Notes under the pieces: generated by a model
Told to the model about the DNA's origin: nothing
Seen by the model: the letters and a program-made list of their open reading frames with translations, nothing else
Databases searched by the model: none
DNA from: a virus
Lineage: Duplodnaviria; Caudoviricetes
DNA: 64,000 bases
Virus record (IMG/VR): IMGVR_UViG_2974679032_000001
Coordinates: 8,218 to 72,217 of that record
Strand: one strand, 5' to 3'
Translations under genes and position numbers: made by a program
Shown: positions 29,409 to 38,600 of the stretch, one piece after another
Numbering within the stretch: the first letter of the stretch is position 1
How the letters are laid out: each line of letters opens with the position of its first letter

Positions 29409-30013
29409 GCCTCAAGCTCTGCACTGGCGAGTACATGATCAGCGACACCGCCGGGCTGGGGCCAGCTCGGACCTGGCTCCCGCGCGTGGTCGCGGAGCAA
29501 TTTCTCGAGTCCACCAAGGACGGGGAGATCAAGCTCTCGCCGGACCCGGTGACGATGATCGACGGCGACCTGACCTGGTTCAACAACTCCAAGGATCGCC
29601 AGCGCGTGCATGTCCTGGTCCACCGCGCGCCGCGCTCGATCATCGCGCAATCGCCGGGCACCGTGGTCATCCACGACGCCTGGAGCCACCAGATCGGAGC
29701 CTCGCCCGAGGCCGACTTCCCCTCGGTCATCGCCGACACGTTCGGCGGGCGGCTCCAGATCGACCGGGCCAGCGTGGCGGCGGATGACATCCAGTTCGGG
29801 CGGCTGTTCCTGGACGGCGACGACTCCCAGGTGTGGGTCGATCTGGGCGTGGTGCCGCCTCGGCAGAGCTTCCACTTCCGCTACCTCGCCGCGGTGCAGA
29901 CCCCAGGCATCTGGATCGTGCCCGGCTCCAACTCGGATGTGACCCCGCGCAACGAGGCATACGCGCGCTGGACGCGCCTGAGCGCACTGGCCAGCCCGGT
30001 AGGCTCCCTCTGA
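29405..30013 (+). CDS. putative minor tail protein, paralogue 2 of 3
   Basis: 'WFNNS...Q' and 'RLSALASP'. Confidence 0.7.
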   Translation: MSLKLCTGEYMISDTAGLGPARTWLPRVVAEQFLESTKDGEIKLSPDPVTMIDGDLTWFNNSKDRQRVHVLVHRAPRSIIAQSPGTVVIHDAWSHQIGASPEADFPSVIADTFGGRLQIDRASVAADDIQFGRLFLDGDDSQVWVDLGVVPPRQSFHFRYLAAVQTPGIWIVPGSNSDVTPRNEAYARWTRLSALASPVGSL

Positions 30014-30780
30014 TGAGCGCCCCTCTTGCCGACTGCGTGGACCCCGATCACTTCGAGGTGCTCCCCGACGGCTCCATCCAGCCTCAACCCTGGATGCAGT
30101 GGCGGCAGGTCCGCTCGACCGAGGTGGCCTCCAAGAGCGGCCAGTATCCGGTCACGCTGACCAGCGCCGGGCTGGGCACCGGCCTGGACATCTTCGGCAC
30201 GCTCGGCTCCCTGTTCGGCTCGCTGTTCTCCTTCATCCCCGGCATGTTCGGCTCGACCTCGATCCTGGCCGGGCTGGGCCAGGCGGCGAGCGCGGCGGGC
30301 AATAAGAACGACCTGCTGCACTCGCTCCAGCTGGCCTGGACGAACAACTCGCCCATCGCCCAGGATGTCTACGGCCTGATCTCGCGCGGCGGCTGCCGGG
30401 TGACGCTCCAGGCCAGGAGCCGGGGCGCGCTGGTGCTCAGCTCGGGCTACAAGCTCAACGCGCCCGGCGATGCTGGCGCGCTGGTGCCCTGCTCGATGGT
30501 GGGCTGCGGCGCGGACATGGCCCGCTCGGGCACCCTGGCCACCGGCACCAGCTTCGGCATCATCGAGGAGCGGATGAACTCGGTGACCATCCCGCTCGCG
30601 CCGGAGCGGTGCGGCTGGGCCAGGCTCCAGCCAGGCGAGACGATCACCGCCCGCGCCGAGCTGCGCTTCATCAGCGAGTTCTGGGAGAACGGCTCCATCG
30701 ACGGCGGCAGCTCAGGCGCGGAGTCGAGCTACGAGACCGGCGGCACGCGCCTCGATCTGTTCGCGGTGCCGGTACTCTAA
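30013..30780 (+). CDS. putative minor tail protein, paralogue 3 of 3
   Basis: 'WTNNSP..Q' and 'RLDLFAVP'. Confidence 0.7.
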   Translation: MSAPLADCVDPDHFEVLPDGSIQPQPWMQWRQVRSTEVASKSGQYPVTLTSAGLGTGLDIFGTLGSLFGSLFSFIPGMFGSTSILAGLGQAASAAGNKNDLLHSLQLAWTNNSPIAQDVYGLISRGGCRVTLQARSRGALVLSSGYKLNAPGDAGALVPCSMVGCGADMARSGTLATGTSFGIIEERMNSVTIPLAPERCGWARLQPGETITARAELRFISEFWENGSIDGGSSGAESSYETGGTRLDLFAVPVL

Positions 30781-30806
30781 GGTCATTCCCGACCTCGGAG
30801 GGCAAC

Positions 30807-31175
30807 TTGTACGATCCGCCAGCTGGGTATGTCGATTGCGAGTCCGACGCCCAAGATGCGCCAACCCCGCCCGGCGCGCCGTTCCATGAGATCGAGGTGG
30901 ATGGCGTAGGCATCATCCACGCCCGCAAGCCTCTGCCCAACGCGATCCCGGCCCTGGCTGGCGCGGCCAACTCCAAGGTGAGCGGCCAGAGCCGGATCGA
31001 CTACCTCGACATCTTCGTCCAGAACCACCTCGCCGAGGGCGAGTTCGAGAACCTGCTCAGCCGGATGATGGACCCCGACCACGATATGCCGCCCGACGCC
31101 ATGCTGCGCGTCTCGCGGGCAATCGCGACGGCGGGCAGTGCCCGCCCTACTCGGCGGTCATCAACCTCGCGTTGA
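30807..31175 (+). CDS. tail assembly chaperone paralogue (frameshift donor ORF)
   Basis: GGAGGG RBS then TTG at 30807. Aligns by eye with 13780-14460 (HL......SR.MDPD). Ends ...ARPT. Confidence 0.65.
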   Translation: MYDPPAGYVDCESDAQDAPTPPGAPFHEIEVDGVGIIHARKPLPNAIPALAGAANSKVSGQSRIDYLDIFVQNHLAEGEFENLLSRMMDPDHDMPPDAMLRVSRAIATAGSARPTRRSSTSR

Positions 31176-31489
31176 TGGCCGCGCACAACTGGAGGGCCAT
31201 CCGGCTGCGGTTCGCTGATCGCGGCGTGGCCAGCGTCATGCGCGAGGTGCCGACTATGCACATCGTCTTGGACGCCATCGAGCAGCTCGGGGCGGAGAGC
31301 GCGACCCACGGTGCCAAGACCGAGACCGAGGCCCGCGCGAAGCTGAGCAGCTATTACGACAAGCTCTACAAGCCGGACGCCACCACCATCGCCATCGACG
31401 GCGAGGGCTATATGCCGCCTCCGCCGGGGTTCTCCGACGAGGAGGTCGAGGCCAGCTTCGACGCCTTCTTGAACGCGGCTGGCCGGTAG
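31145..31489 (+). CDS. GT-like extension reached by a putative -1 frameshift (alternative start ATG 31175)
   Basis: The -1 frame is open with GC3-rich codons from CCC at 31145. Confidence 0.6.
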   Translation, partial: PYSAVINLALMAAHNWRAIRLRFADRGVASVMREVPTMHIVLDAIEQLGAESATHGAKTETEARAKLSSYYDKLYKPDATTIAIDGEGYMPPPPGFSDEEVEASFDAFLNAAGR

Positions 31490-31517
31490 TTGCCCTCCGA
31501 CCCGTTACCCTGACCTC

Positions 31518-31925
31518 ATGGCCACGACCACCGTATTCTTCGACACCGCCGCTCCGGCCGGTGAGAAGTTCGATCCCGAGGTCGCCGCCGAGATCGAGGA
31601 GCTGGCTCCTGGCCTGGCACCTGGCGAGGTTGGCGAGGCCGAGCTGGCGGATCACGCCGTCAGCAAGGACAAGATCAAGGCCGGGGCGGTCGGCTCGACC
31701 GAGCTGGCCGAGGGCGGCGTAGAGGCCGTCAATATGGCCGCTGACAGCGTTCCCACCGCCGCGCTCCAGGATGACTCGGTGACCGCCGAGAAGGCGGGCC
31801 TGGGCGTCTCAACGGCCTATGACGCGGCGGGCAATCCCATCGAGGACAAGCGGGTCTACCTGACCGCCGCCGCCTACAACCTCATCACGGCAAAAGACCC
31901 CAACACGACCTACTACATCAGCTGA
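31518..31925 (+). CDS. minor tail/fibre-associated protein with short repeats
   Basis: About 10-aa repeats (AVSKDKI / AVGSTEL / SVPTAAL / SVTAEKA); ends 'KDPNTTYYI'. Confidence 0.65.
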   Translation: MATTTVFFDTAAPAGEKFDPEVAAEIEELAPGLAPGEVGEAELADHAVSKDKIKAGAVGSTELAEGGVEAVNMAADSVPTAALQDDSVTAEKAGLGVSTAYDAAGNPIEDKRVYLTAAAYNLITAKDPNTTYYIS

Positions 31926-31928
31926 GCC

Positions 31929-33077
31929 GTGCCCGAGATTCGCAGAGGGTCCGCGCCCAACTTCACCGCCATCCGGCGCGGCAACACCATCATCAAGGAG
32001 ATCAGGCGCGGCGAGACGCTGCTCTGGTCCGGCGCGACGATCAGCGATCAGTTCGACTGGCTCGGCGCGCTGGAGGGCTGGATTGACGAGCTGTGCTCCG
32101 GCGAGGACTTGGGCACGCTGATCTCCGACGGGTTCGGGATCATCCGCGACGGCCTGGACAACGAGGTCGGCCGGGTGGTCCAGTACGTCGAGGGCGGCGT
32201 CAACGATCTCGGCCTCCTGGTGGGCGGGACCGGCGACCAGCTCGCCGACGCCTACTGCGGGATGTGGGGCGGCTCGGCTCCGCCCGATGGCCTCCTGGGT
32301 CTCATCAACGGCATCCCGCTGTTCGGCTCCGAGCTGGCCAACCTGCTCAAGGACTGGTTCGGCGGCACGCTGGAGATCGACAGCCTGCTCGGCAAGATTC
32401 CGGTGGTCGGCCAGCTGGCCACCGCCATCGGCCTGATCCCCGACCAGGTGACAGGCGCGATCCTCCCGCCGATCAACTACGTCGTGGATACCGCTGGCCA
32501 GGTGGTAGGCACGCTGACCTGTGGCCAGTTCAAGAACATCGGCAGCTCGCTGCTGGAGCCAGTCTGCTACATCATCGGCGTGGTCGGCGGCGCGGCCAAG
32601 ATGGTCATCCCCGACGGCCTGATGAGCCTCGATCCCATCGACTCGCGCTACCGCCACCCCACGCTGCTGCCCAACCCCGACGGGTTCGTGGAGGTCCAGC
32701 TGGCCCAGGCGGGCGACCCTGGGTTCGCCACCCAGGTGTTCCGGCGCTACTCCAACGACGGCACCGGCCACAACGGCGTCGGGATCGACGTGCGCTCGGG
32801 CCTGGCCGGGATCGTCCGGCGCGTCGGCGGCGTCGAGGACTTGGTGGCTCCGGCGCTGGGCGGGGTCGGCCCGGCCAACCGGCTGCGGCTGGTGCAGACC
32901 GGGAACCTCCACGAACTGTTCCGCGATGGGACCAAGATCGGCGAGTGGCCGGACCTGACCGGCACCGCCGCCACCGGGGCCGGGAACCAGAGCGTGGCGA
33001 TGGTGATGAACGCCGCCAAGGAGTTCGGCGGCACGCGCCTATTCAGCCCGGCGCTGTCCTACCTGGAGGCGGGCTAA
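31929..33077 (+). CDS. minor tail protein
   Basis: N-terminus 'IKEIRRGETLLWS'; beta-rich C-terminus. Confidence 0.65.
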   Translation: MPEIRRGSAPNFTAIRRGNTIIKEIRRGETLLWSGATISDQFDWLGALEGWIDELCSGEDLGTLISDGFGIIRDGLDNEVGRVVQYVEGGVNDLGLLVGGTGDQLADAYCGMWGGSAPPDGLLGLINGIPLFGSELANLLKDWFGGTLEIDSLLGKIPVVGQLATAIGLIPDQVTGAILPPINYVVDTAGQVVGTLTCGQFKNIGSSLLEPVCYIIGVVGGAAKMVIPDGLMSLDPIDSRYRHPTLLPNPDGFVEVQLAQAGDPGFATQVFRRYSNDGTGHNGVGIDVRSGLAGIVRRVGGVEDLVAPALGGVGPANRLRLVQTGNLHELFRDGTKIGEWPDLTGTAATGAGNQSVAMVMNAAKEFGGTRLFSPALSYLEAG

Positions 33078-33307
33078 TCTCCCTGGAATGGCCAGTAACG
33101 ATCGCTGGCGGGCCGATGCGCGCCGGAGGCGGCGTTCGGCTCTCCTGGGGCGATCTGGGGCCGTTCTAGGCGGGCGAGGAGCGGCGGCAGGATCGCCGCC
33201 ACCACCATCGCCAGCCCGAACGCCCAGACCACCCAGGCCACCGGATCGTCGGAGTTGATCCCGGCCAGGAACACCAGCGCCCCGGCCAGGAATAGCCGCG
33301 TGTTCAT
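33074..33307 (-). CDS. small membrane protein
   Basis: Two hydrophobic segments. Confidence 0.65.
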   Translation of the reverse strand: MNTRLFLAGALVFLAGINSDDPVAWVVWAFGLAMVVAAILPPLLARLERPQIAPGEPNAASGAHRPASDRYWPFQGD

Positions 33308-33510
33308 CGGGAGCCGTGCCAGCCGCGCCCTGGGCGCATCGCGTGCCAGGCGTCGATGGTCTCGGGCAGCCAGCCGGGGTGGACGCCCACGGTGACATCG
33401 TGGGGCGGCAGCTCGATGCCCGAGAGGCTGCGCACCGACTTCATGCCGAGGCGCTCGGCGACCTCCTGGCGGCTCAGGTAGTGGGTCACCGCGGTCTCCG
33501 TGCTGGTCAT
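33304..33510 (-). CDS. helix-turn-helix (AlpA/excisionase-like) DNA-binding protein
   Basis: 'YLSRQEVAERLG' and 'GWLPETIDAW'. Confidence 0.75.
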   Translation of the reverse strand: MTSTETAVTHYLSRQEVAERLGMKSVRSLSGIELPPHDVTVGVHPGWLPETIDAWHAMRPGRGWHGSR

Positions 33511-33923
33511 CAGGCGCTCCTCTCGGCCTTATCAGCCACGATCGTAAGGGTGATGGGTGCCGCCTCGGTGGTCTCGACGGCGGCGCGCCCGGCGACGTTG
33601 CGCTCCCACTCGTCGTGCTGGGTGCCGTTGATGGTGATGGCCAGGTCCAGCGGGCCAGAGCCAGGCTCCTCAGCGCGGCGCTCGGCCTCGTCCAGGACGC
33701 GCTCGACCTGGTAGGCGAACGCCTCGCTGAGCGTCTCGATCTGGCTCAGGAGGCCGGGAGGGCACTTGTCCTGCCCGTTCTCGATTCGCTGGTAGTCGCG
33801 CCGGTCCTTGCCGACGCGGCTGGCCAGGTCGCGCTGGCTCAGGCCCATAAACAGCCGGTGGGCGCGGATGATCTCGCCCAGGCCCCAGCTGTGGACGGCT
33901 GGGCGGCGCTCGGTCTCGGTCAT
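33510..33923 (-). CDS. XRE-family HTH protein
   Basis: 'IRAHRLFMGLSQRDLASRVG...YQRIENG'. Confidence 0.8.
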   Translation of the reverse strand: MTETERRPAVHSWGLGEIIRAHRLFMGLSQRDLASRVGKDRRDYQRIENGQDKCPPGLLSQIETLSEAFAYQVERVLDEAERRAEEPGSGPLDLAITINGTQHDEWERNVAGRAAVETTEAAPITLTIVADKAERSA

Positions 33924-33994
33924 GTCGTTCGTACTCCTTCGTGGTGGAGGCCCGGCCTCCGCTGGGGAGGCCGGGCCGGTGGCGGTGCTGGTGA

Positions 33995-34720
33995 TCACCA
34001 GCTGTTCTTGGCCGCGCAGATCGGGCCGATGCCGCGCTCGCGGCTCTCGTCGTTGGTCAGGGTCCGGCCGCACACGCCGCACTCGCCGATCTCATGGCCG
34101 TAGCGCGCGCTGGCCTCGGCTGCGCCCACCTCGGCGATCTTGGCCAGGATGGACTTGCTCGCCGCCCAGCTCATCCGCTGCTCCTCATCGGAGACCATGA
34201 GCTTGACGAACACCCGGCCCGCCCAGCGGCCCTCGGTGGGGCGATCCACCTTGTAGAAGGCCAGGCCATTGGTGGCCCCGTCCTCGGTCTCGATGGCGTA
34301 GCGCCCGGCCGGGACGACCTCGGCGCTCGGGACATCGCCGGAGGCGGCGGGCTGGGCCTTGCGCTCGCCCTGGTCGCGGTCCATCAGCCAGTCGATCAGC
34401 TTGGACGCGCCCGCCTTGCTCAGCGGTGCCCACACGAACTCCTGGCCAGCGATGGCGCTCGGGGCCATGTGCGCCAGGAGGAGGTTGAGCTGCTCGCCCC
34501 AGCTGGTCGCGCCCGCCATCAGCTCGATCACCTTGTCGGTGGGGTCGGCGATGAAGCTCAGCGTGGTCTTGAGCGCGGCGGCGCGCCGGACGTGCTTCTC
34601 GGGGCCGTTCTGCCAGACCCGCTCGGCGAGCAGGGTGGTGATGAACCGGAGCTGCCCATCGGTGGCCGGGATGACCAGGCTGGCCGGGGCGGTGCTGGTG
34701 GTGGCGAAGGGGGTTCCCAT
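33995..34720 (-). CDS. DUF6011-like zinc-binding domain protein
   Basis: C-terminal 'CGVCGRTLTNDESRERGIGPIC'. Confidence 0.75.
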   Translation of the reverse strand: MGTPFATTSTAPASLVIPATDGQLRFITTLLAERVWQNGPEKHVRRAAALKTTLSFIADPTDKVIELMAGATSWGEQLNLLLAHMAPSAIAGQEFVWAPLSKAGASKLIDWLMDRDQGERKAQPAASGDVPSAEVVPAGRYAIETEDGATNGLAFYKVDRPTEGRWAGRVFVKLMVSDEEQRMSWAASKSILAKIAEVGAAEASARYGHEIGECGVCGRTLTNDESRERGIGPICAAKNSW

Positions 34721-34736
34721 GATCTCGATCTCCTAT

Positions 34737-34798
34737 CTCCGGCGGGCCAATCCCGCCTACCCCTCCGAATATACCGACTAAGGCGGGTTTCTGCACAC
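34737..34798 (-). promoter_or_regulatory. leftward promoter plus hairpin leader (variant), divergent from lysin A
   Basis: Minus strand reads ...GTCGG-TATATT...GTAGGCGGGATTGGCCCGCCGGAG. Confidence 0.7.
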
Positions 34799-34822
34799 CC
34801 TCTGCTGATACCGTGGCCTGAC

Positions 34823-36355
34823 ATGAGCTTCGTGTGGAAACGTCCCGAGGGTCCGCTGCTCTCCGAGGAGGAGATCGCCCGGCGTGTCCACGCCGTGAGC
34901 CTCAAGCGTGACCTGGACGAGCTGGCCACGGTGCTGGCGCTGATGTGCATCCGCCAGGAGAGCGCGTTCTGGTGCCCTTGGAACGCCAACGATCCGGCCA
35001 GCAAGAACTACCCGTTTGACTCCCAGAGCGACGACGGCCGCTCGGTGGCCTACTTCCAGCAGCAGAACGGCGCGCCGGGCGAGATCGCCCCGGCTGGCCA
35101 GGACTGGTGGGGTCCGATGAGCTGCCGGATGAACCTGGAGTGCTCGGCCAACACGTTCCTGGAGCGCCTCGCCGACGACTACACCTCGGCCAAGGATGGC
35201 GCGAGCGCGGGCCGGTTCGTCCAGCGGGTCCAGGGCAGCGCCTTCCCCGACGCCTACGCCAAGCACTGGGACTACTGCTGGGCGCTGCTCCATCGGGCGC
35301 TGGCCCAGGGCGTCCAGAACCCGCCGACCCCTCCGCCGGTCAAGCCGGTCGATCAGACCACCCCGCCGGTCCCGGCGGCGGCGACGATCAAGCCGAACCC
35401 GGCCTGGCGCGGCGATCCGCTCTACCTGCCCGAGCTGCTCCGCGCGTTCGGCCTCGACGTGAGCACCTACACCGACGCCGACGGGATCAACTGGGACGAG
35501 CGCGGGCACGGCGACTTCGGCGTCATCGACTTCGTGCTCTGGCACCACACCGGGAGCGTCGGCGAGACCGACGAGGGCATCGCTCATCACCCGAGCCTGG
35601 GCCTCGCGGCCAACATGCTCATCCACCCCAACGGCCACGTCACGCTGACCGGCTCGGGGATCAGCTGGAACGCGGGCGACGGCATCTGGCCCGGCGTGGC
35701 GCGCGGCGAGATGAATCAGCGGTGCATCGGCATCGAGTGCGCCTACGGGCCTGATCCCCAGGGGAACTACACCATCCGCTGGCCCGACGCCCAGATCATT
35801 GCGATGGTCGCCGTCGGCGCGGCGATCTCCTGGTTCCTGGGCGGCACGCTGCCGGTGGACCACCAGATCGCTCACAAGGAGTGGGCCGGGGCGGAGAACC
35901 CGCTCGGCATCAACGCCCAGGGCAAGCCTGACCCAGGGAACCTCGACATGCGTTGGTTCCGCGGTGAGATCAGCAAGCGCCTGGCAGAAGGCCCCACCGG
36001 GGTCGCCGCCATAGGAGGGACCAAGCCAGTGCCTACACCCACCCCGCCGCCTCCGCCGCCGGTCGTGCCGCCGTCGATCCCCATCGGTGACGCCGCGCTC
36101 AAGGTGATCATGGAGCAGCAGCTCGGCCCCTGGGACGCCAAGGCGGGCCGGTTCACCGGCTGGCCCCAGCTGTCCGGCGATCCCGAGGCGCTCAAGGTGC
36201 TCCAGGCCAAGGTGGACGCGGGCACCCCGCTGACCCTGGTGGACGGCCTGGCGGCGTTCGCGTTCAACATCCAGCCGACCCCGGCGAAGAAGGCTCCCGC
36301 CAAGAAGGCGGCGAAGAAGGCCCCAGCGAAGAAGGCCACAACCACCAAGGAGTGA
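34823..36355 (+). CDS. lysA: lysin A (N-terminal domain plus N-acetylmuramoyl-L-alanine amidase)
   Basis: Amidase motifs 'WHHT', 'IGIEC', 'IAHKEWA' and 'KPDPG'; Pro-rich linkers. Confidence 0.88.
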   Translation: MSFVWKRPEGPLLSEEEIARRVHAVSLKRDLDELATVLALMCIRQESAFWCPWNANDPASKNYPFDSQSDDGRSVAYFQQQNGAPGEIAPAGQDWWGPMSCRMNLECSANTFLERLADDYTSAKDGASAGRFVQRVQGSAFPDAYAKHWDYCWALLHRALAQGVQNPPTPPPVKPVDQTTPPVPAAATIKPNPAWRGDPLYLPELLRAFGLDVSTYTDADGINWDERGHGDFGVIDFVLWHHTGSVGETDEGIAHHPSLGLAANMLIHPNGHVTLTGSGISWNAGDGIWPGVARGEMNQRCIGIECAYGPDPQGNYTIRWPDAQIIAMVAVGAAISWFLGGTLPVDHQIAHKEWAGAENPLGINAQGKPDPGNLDMRWFRGEISKRLAEGPTGVAAIGGTKPVPTPTPPPPPPVVPPSIPIGDAALKVIMEQQLGPWDAKAGRFTGWPQLSGDPEALKVLQAKVDAGTPLTLVDGLAAFAFNIQPTPAKKAPAKKAAKKAPAKKATTTKE

Positions 36356-36359
36356 CACC

Positions 36360-37763
36360 ATGAGCACGGAGACGATCCGCGTCCAGGGTGTTGAGGTCGA
36401 GGTGCCACGCGGCGCGTGGCATCCGCCCAACACCGTGGGCGACATCGACCCCAACATCGTCAAGGCCAAGCAATACCTGCGGCGATTCTCATACGGCAAG
36501 CCAGCCAACGACGGCACGCCGATCTATACCGAGGCGTTCGGCGCGGCGCTGGAGGAGTTCCAGCGGCGGCGCAACGAGGAGGTCACGCGCGGCCTCCAGC
36601 CCGGCCCGCTGATTGACCTCCCGGCGCGCTCGGGCTGGCTGGACTACAACACCAAGGTCCAGCTGGAGATCGAGCCTCGGCCAGGCGGCGCGAACCCGCC
36701 CGCCCCGCACATCGTCACCGACAGCCACTTCTTGAGCGCGCCCGGCTCGGGCGTGGACTGGTGGGTCGGCCCGCCGTTCAATACCGGCGAGTGGCTCAAG
36801 GACAACGCCGGGGTCCATCACTGGCCGGTCGGCTATCCCAAGGGCGGCTACCTGGGCCTGATGGGCGGCGACTCGGCCCAGAGCTATGTGGACACCATCC
36901 GCCTGGAGGACTTGGAGCTGGAGCGGCGGCTGCGCGAGGACATCCTGCCCGGCTATGGCGTCCACCTCTCGCCCGGCCAGCCGCTCAGCGTCGAGGACGA
37001 GGCCCGGCTCCCGGCCAGCTTCAAGATCGTGCTCTGTGGCTACAGCCAGAGCGCCGACGGGATCATCCGCGCCGCCGCCCGGCTGTTCGGCGACGGCGGC
37101 ATCTTCGCCGTGCTCCGCCATCGGCTGCGCGCGATCCTCTGCTTCGGCAATCCGGCGCGCCAGGGCGGGCCGACGCGCTACGGCCGCAATCCCAAGGGCA
37201 AGGGCATCTCGGGCTGGGTGGCTCCGGCCTGGCTGGCTCCGCTCATCATCGACATCGTGACGGAGACCCCGACGGCTCCAGACTTCTACGCCTGCAACAC
37301 CTCCCAGATCGCCCACATTGCCTACCAGGTGGTGATCAACGCCGAGACCGAGCTGCCGTTCCTGGTCTACCTGGCCAAGCTGGTCGTCCCGGCGCTGCTC
37401 TCGCTGCTGACCGGCGGCATGTTCGGCGGCGGCGGCGGTGGCCTGCTCGGCGGGCTGGGCGGGCTGCTCGGCTCGGCCGGGGCGATCCCGCTCCTGTCGA
37501 GCGTCACCGGGATGGGCGGCGGCGCGCTGACCCCGATCATGTCGGCGGCTCAGGTCAACGACGACTCGGCCGAGGCAGTGAGCCAGGAGATCGCCAAGAT
37601 TCTCACCCCGATGGGCCTGCTCACCTCGATCCCCGAGCTGATCGGTCTGCTGATGGCGCTGCCGGGCATCCAGACCCACGGCCTCTACGAGCAGCCACAG
37701 CCGGAGTTCGGCAACATCACAGGCGTCCAGGTGGCTCTCAATCTGGTCCGGCCGCTGCTCTAG
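36360..37763 (+). CDS. lysB: lysin B (cutinase-like esterase with N-terminal PG-binding domain)
   Basis: 'GYSQ' nucleophile motif, 'FGNP' and 'DFYA'; follows lysA. Confidence 0.85.
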   Translation: MSTETIRVQGVEVEVPRGAWHPPNTVGDIDPNIVKAKQYLRRFSYGKPANDGTPIYTEAFGAALEEFQRRRNEEVTRGLQPGPLIDLPARSGWLDYNTKVQLEIEPRPGGANPPAPHIVTDSHFLSAPGSGVDWWVGPPFNTGEWLKDNAGVHHWPVGYPKGGYLGLMGGDSAQSYVDTIRLEDLELERRLREDILPGYGVHLSPGQPLSVEDEARLPASFKIVLCGYSQSADGIIRAAARLFGDGGIFAVLRHRLRAILCFGNPARQGGPTRYGRNPKGKGISGWVAPAWLAPLIIDIVTETPTAPDFYACNTSQIAHIAYQVVINAETELPFLVYLAKLVVPALLSLLTGGMFGGGGGGLLGGLGGLLGSAGAIPLLSSVTGMGGGALTPIMSAAQVNDDSAEAVSQEIAKILTPMGLLTSIPELIGLLMALPGIQTHGLYEQPQPEFGNITGVQVALNLVRPLL

Positions 37764-37803
37764 GCGCTATCCTGGCCCCAGCCTTCGTGGTTGTGGGCAC
37801 AGA

Positions 37804-37839
37804 GCAAGGCCCCGGCGGGTTCTCCCACCGGGGCCTTGC
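37804..37839. terminator. hairpin between convergent lysis and replication operons
   Basis: 12-bp stem GCAAGGCCCCGG / CCGGGGCCTTGC. Confidence 0.7.
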
Positions 37840-37855
37840 CGTTACCCGAGGCCGA

Positions 37856-38497
37856 TCAGCCAGCCTGGGCCTTGCGCCACTCCTGGAACAGAGCCTGGTC
37901 CTCCTCGTCGGCGGCGACGATGATCACCGGCGGCGACTGACCCTGCTTCTTCTGGCCCAGCTCGATGCGCCCGAGCACCCAGGCGGTGCCGTTGTCGAGC
38001 GCCTTCTTGCCCTCGCGGACCAGCGGCTTGTTGAAGATCAGCACGTCATCGACGCGCTCGCCCACCTCGTAGGCGTCGAACGTCTCGACATCGCCGTCCT
38101 TGTTGAGCACGGCGACGTTGCCGTCCTCGTCCAGCACGGCCGGGTTCCGCGTGAGGTTACCGGCCTGCGGCACCGTCAGCGGGATGATGTCGAACCGGAC
38201 GTACTCGCTCTGCGGGTTCTCCGGCGTGTTCGAGCTGGTCTTCATCCAGCCGGTCTCGGTCGCGTGCATCAGGACCAGCTGGCCCATGAACGCGATGGGC
38301 TTGTAGCCGCTGACCCCGGTGGGGTTGGCGACGTTGCCGAACGGGTCGCCCTTGGCCTTGACCGTGGCGGCGGGAGCGCCGTCCTCGGAGCCAGCGTTGG
38401 TGACCTCATCCGGCGGGGCGCTGCGACCCTTGGCGGGCGCGGTGGCGGTGGCGGTGGCGGTGCCGCCACCCTTCTTGTCGAACGGTGAACCGGCCAT
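37856..38497 (-). CDS. hypothetical replication-module protein (possibly ssDNA-binding)
   Basis: Strong RBS (GAAGGAGG) and codon bias. Function inferred from position only. Confidence 0.7.
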   Translation of the reverse strand: MAGSPFDKKGGGTATATATAPAKGRSAPPDEVTNAGSEDGAPAATVKAKGDPFGNVANPTGVSGYKPIAFMGQLVLMHATETGWMKTSSNTPENPQSEYVRFDIIPLTVPQAGNLTRNPAVLDEDGNVAVLNKDGDVETFDAYEVGERVDDVLIFNKPLVREGKKALDNGTAWVLGRIELGQKKQGQSPPVIIVAADEEDQALFQEWRKAQAG

Positions 38498-38600
38498 GTG
38501 GCTGGCCCTCCTTCTTGGTTGTGCGCGTGCGTGTTTGCGTGCGCGTTTTCATGTGACCGGGCGTGATGCCGCGCTCCGATGGAGCCGCCAGCCCGAGGGA

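Noticed and set aside
33304-33923. Immunity repressor/excisionase pair implying lysogeny
   Set aside because: No integrase, attP or parAB is visible in the window; HTH motifs alone are insufficient.
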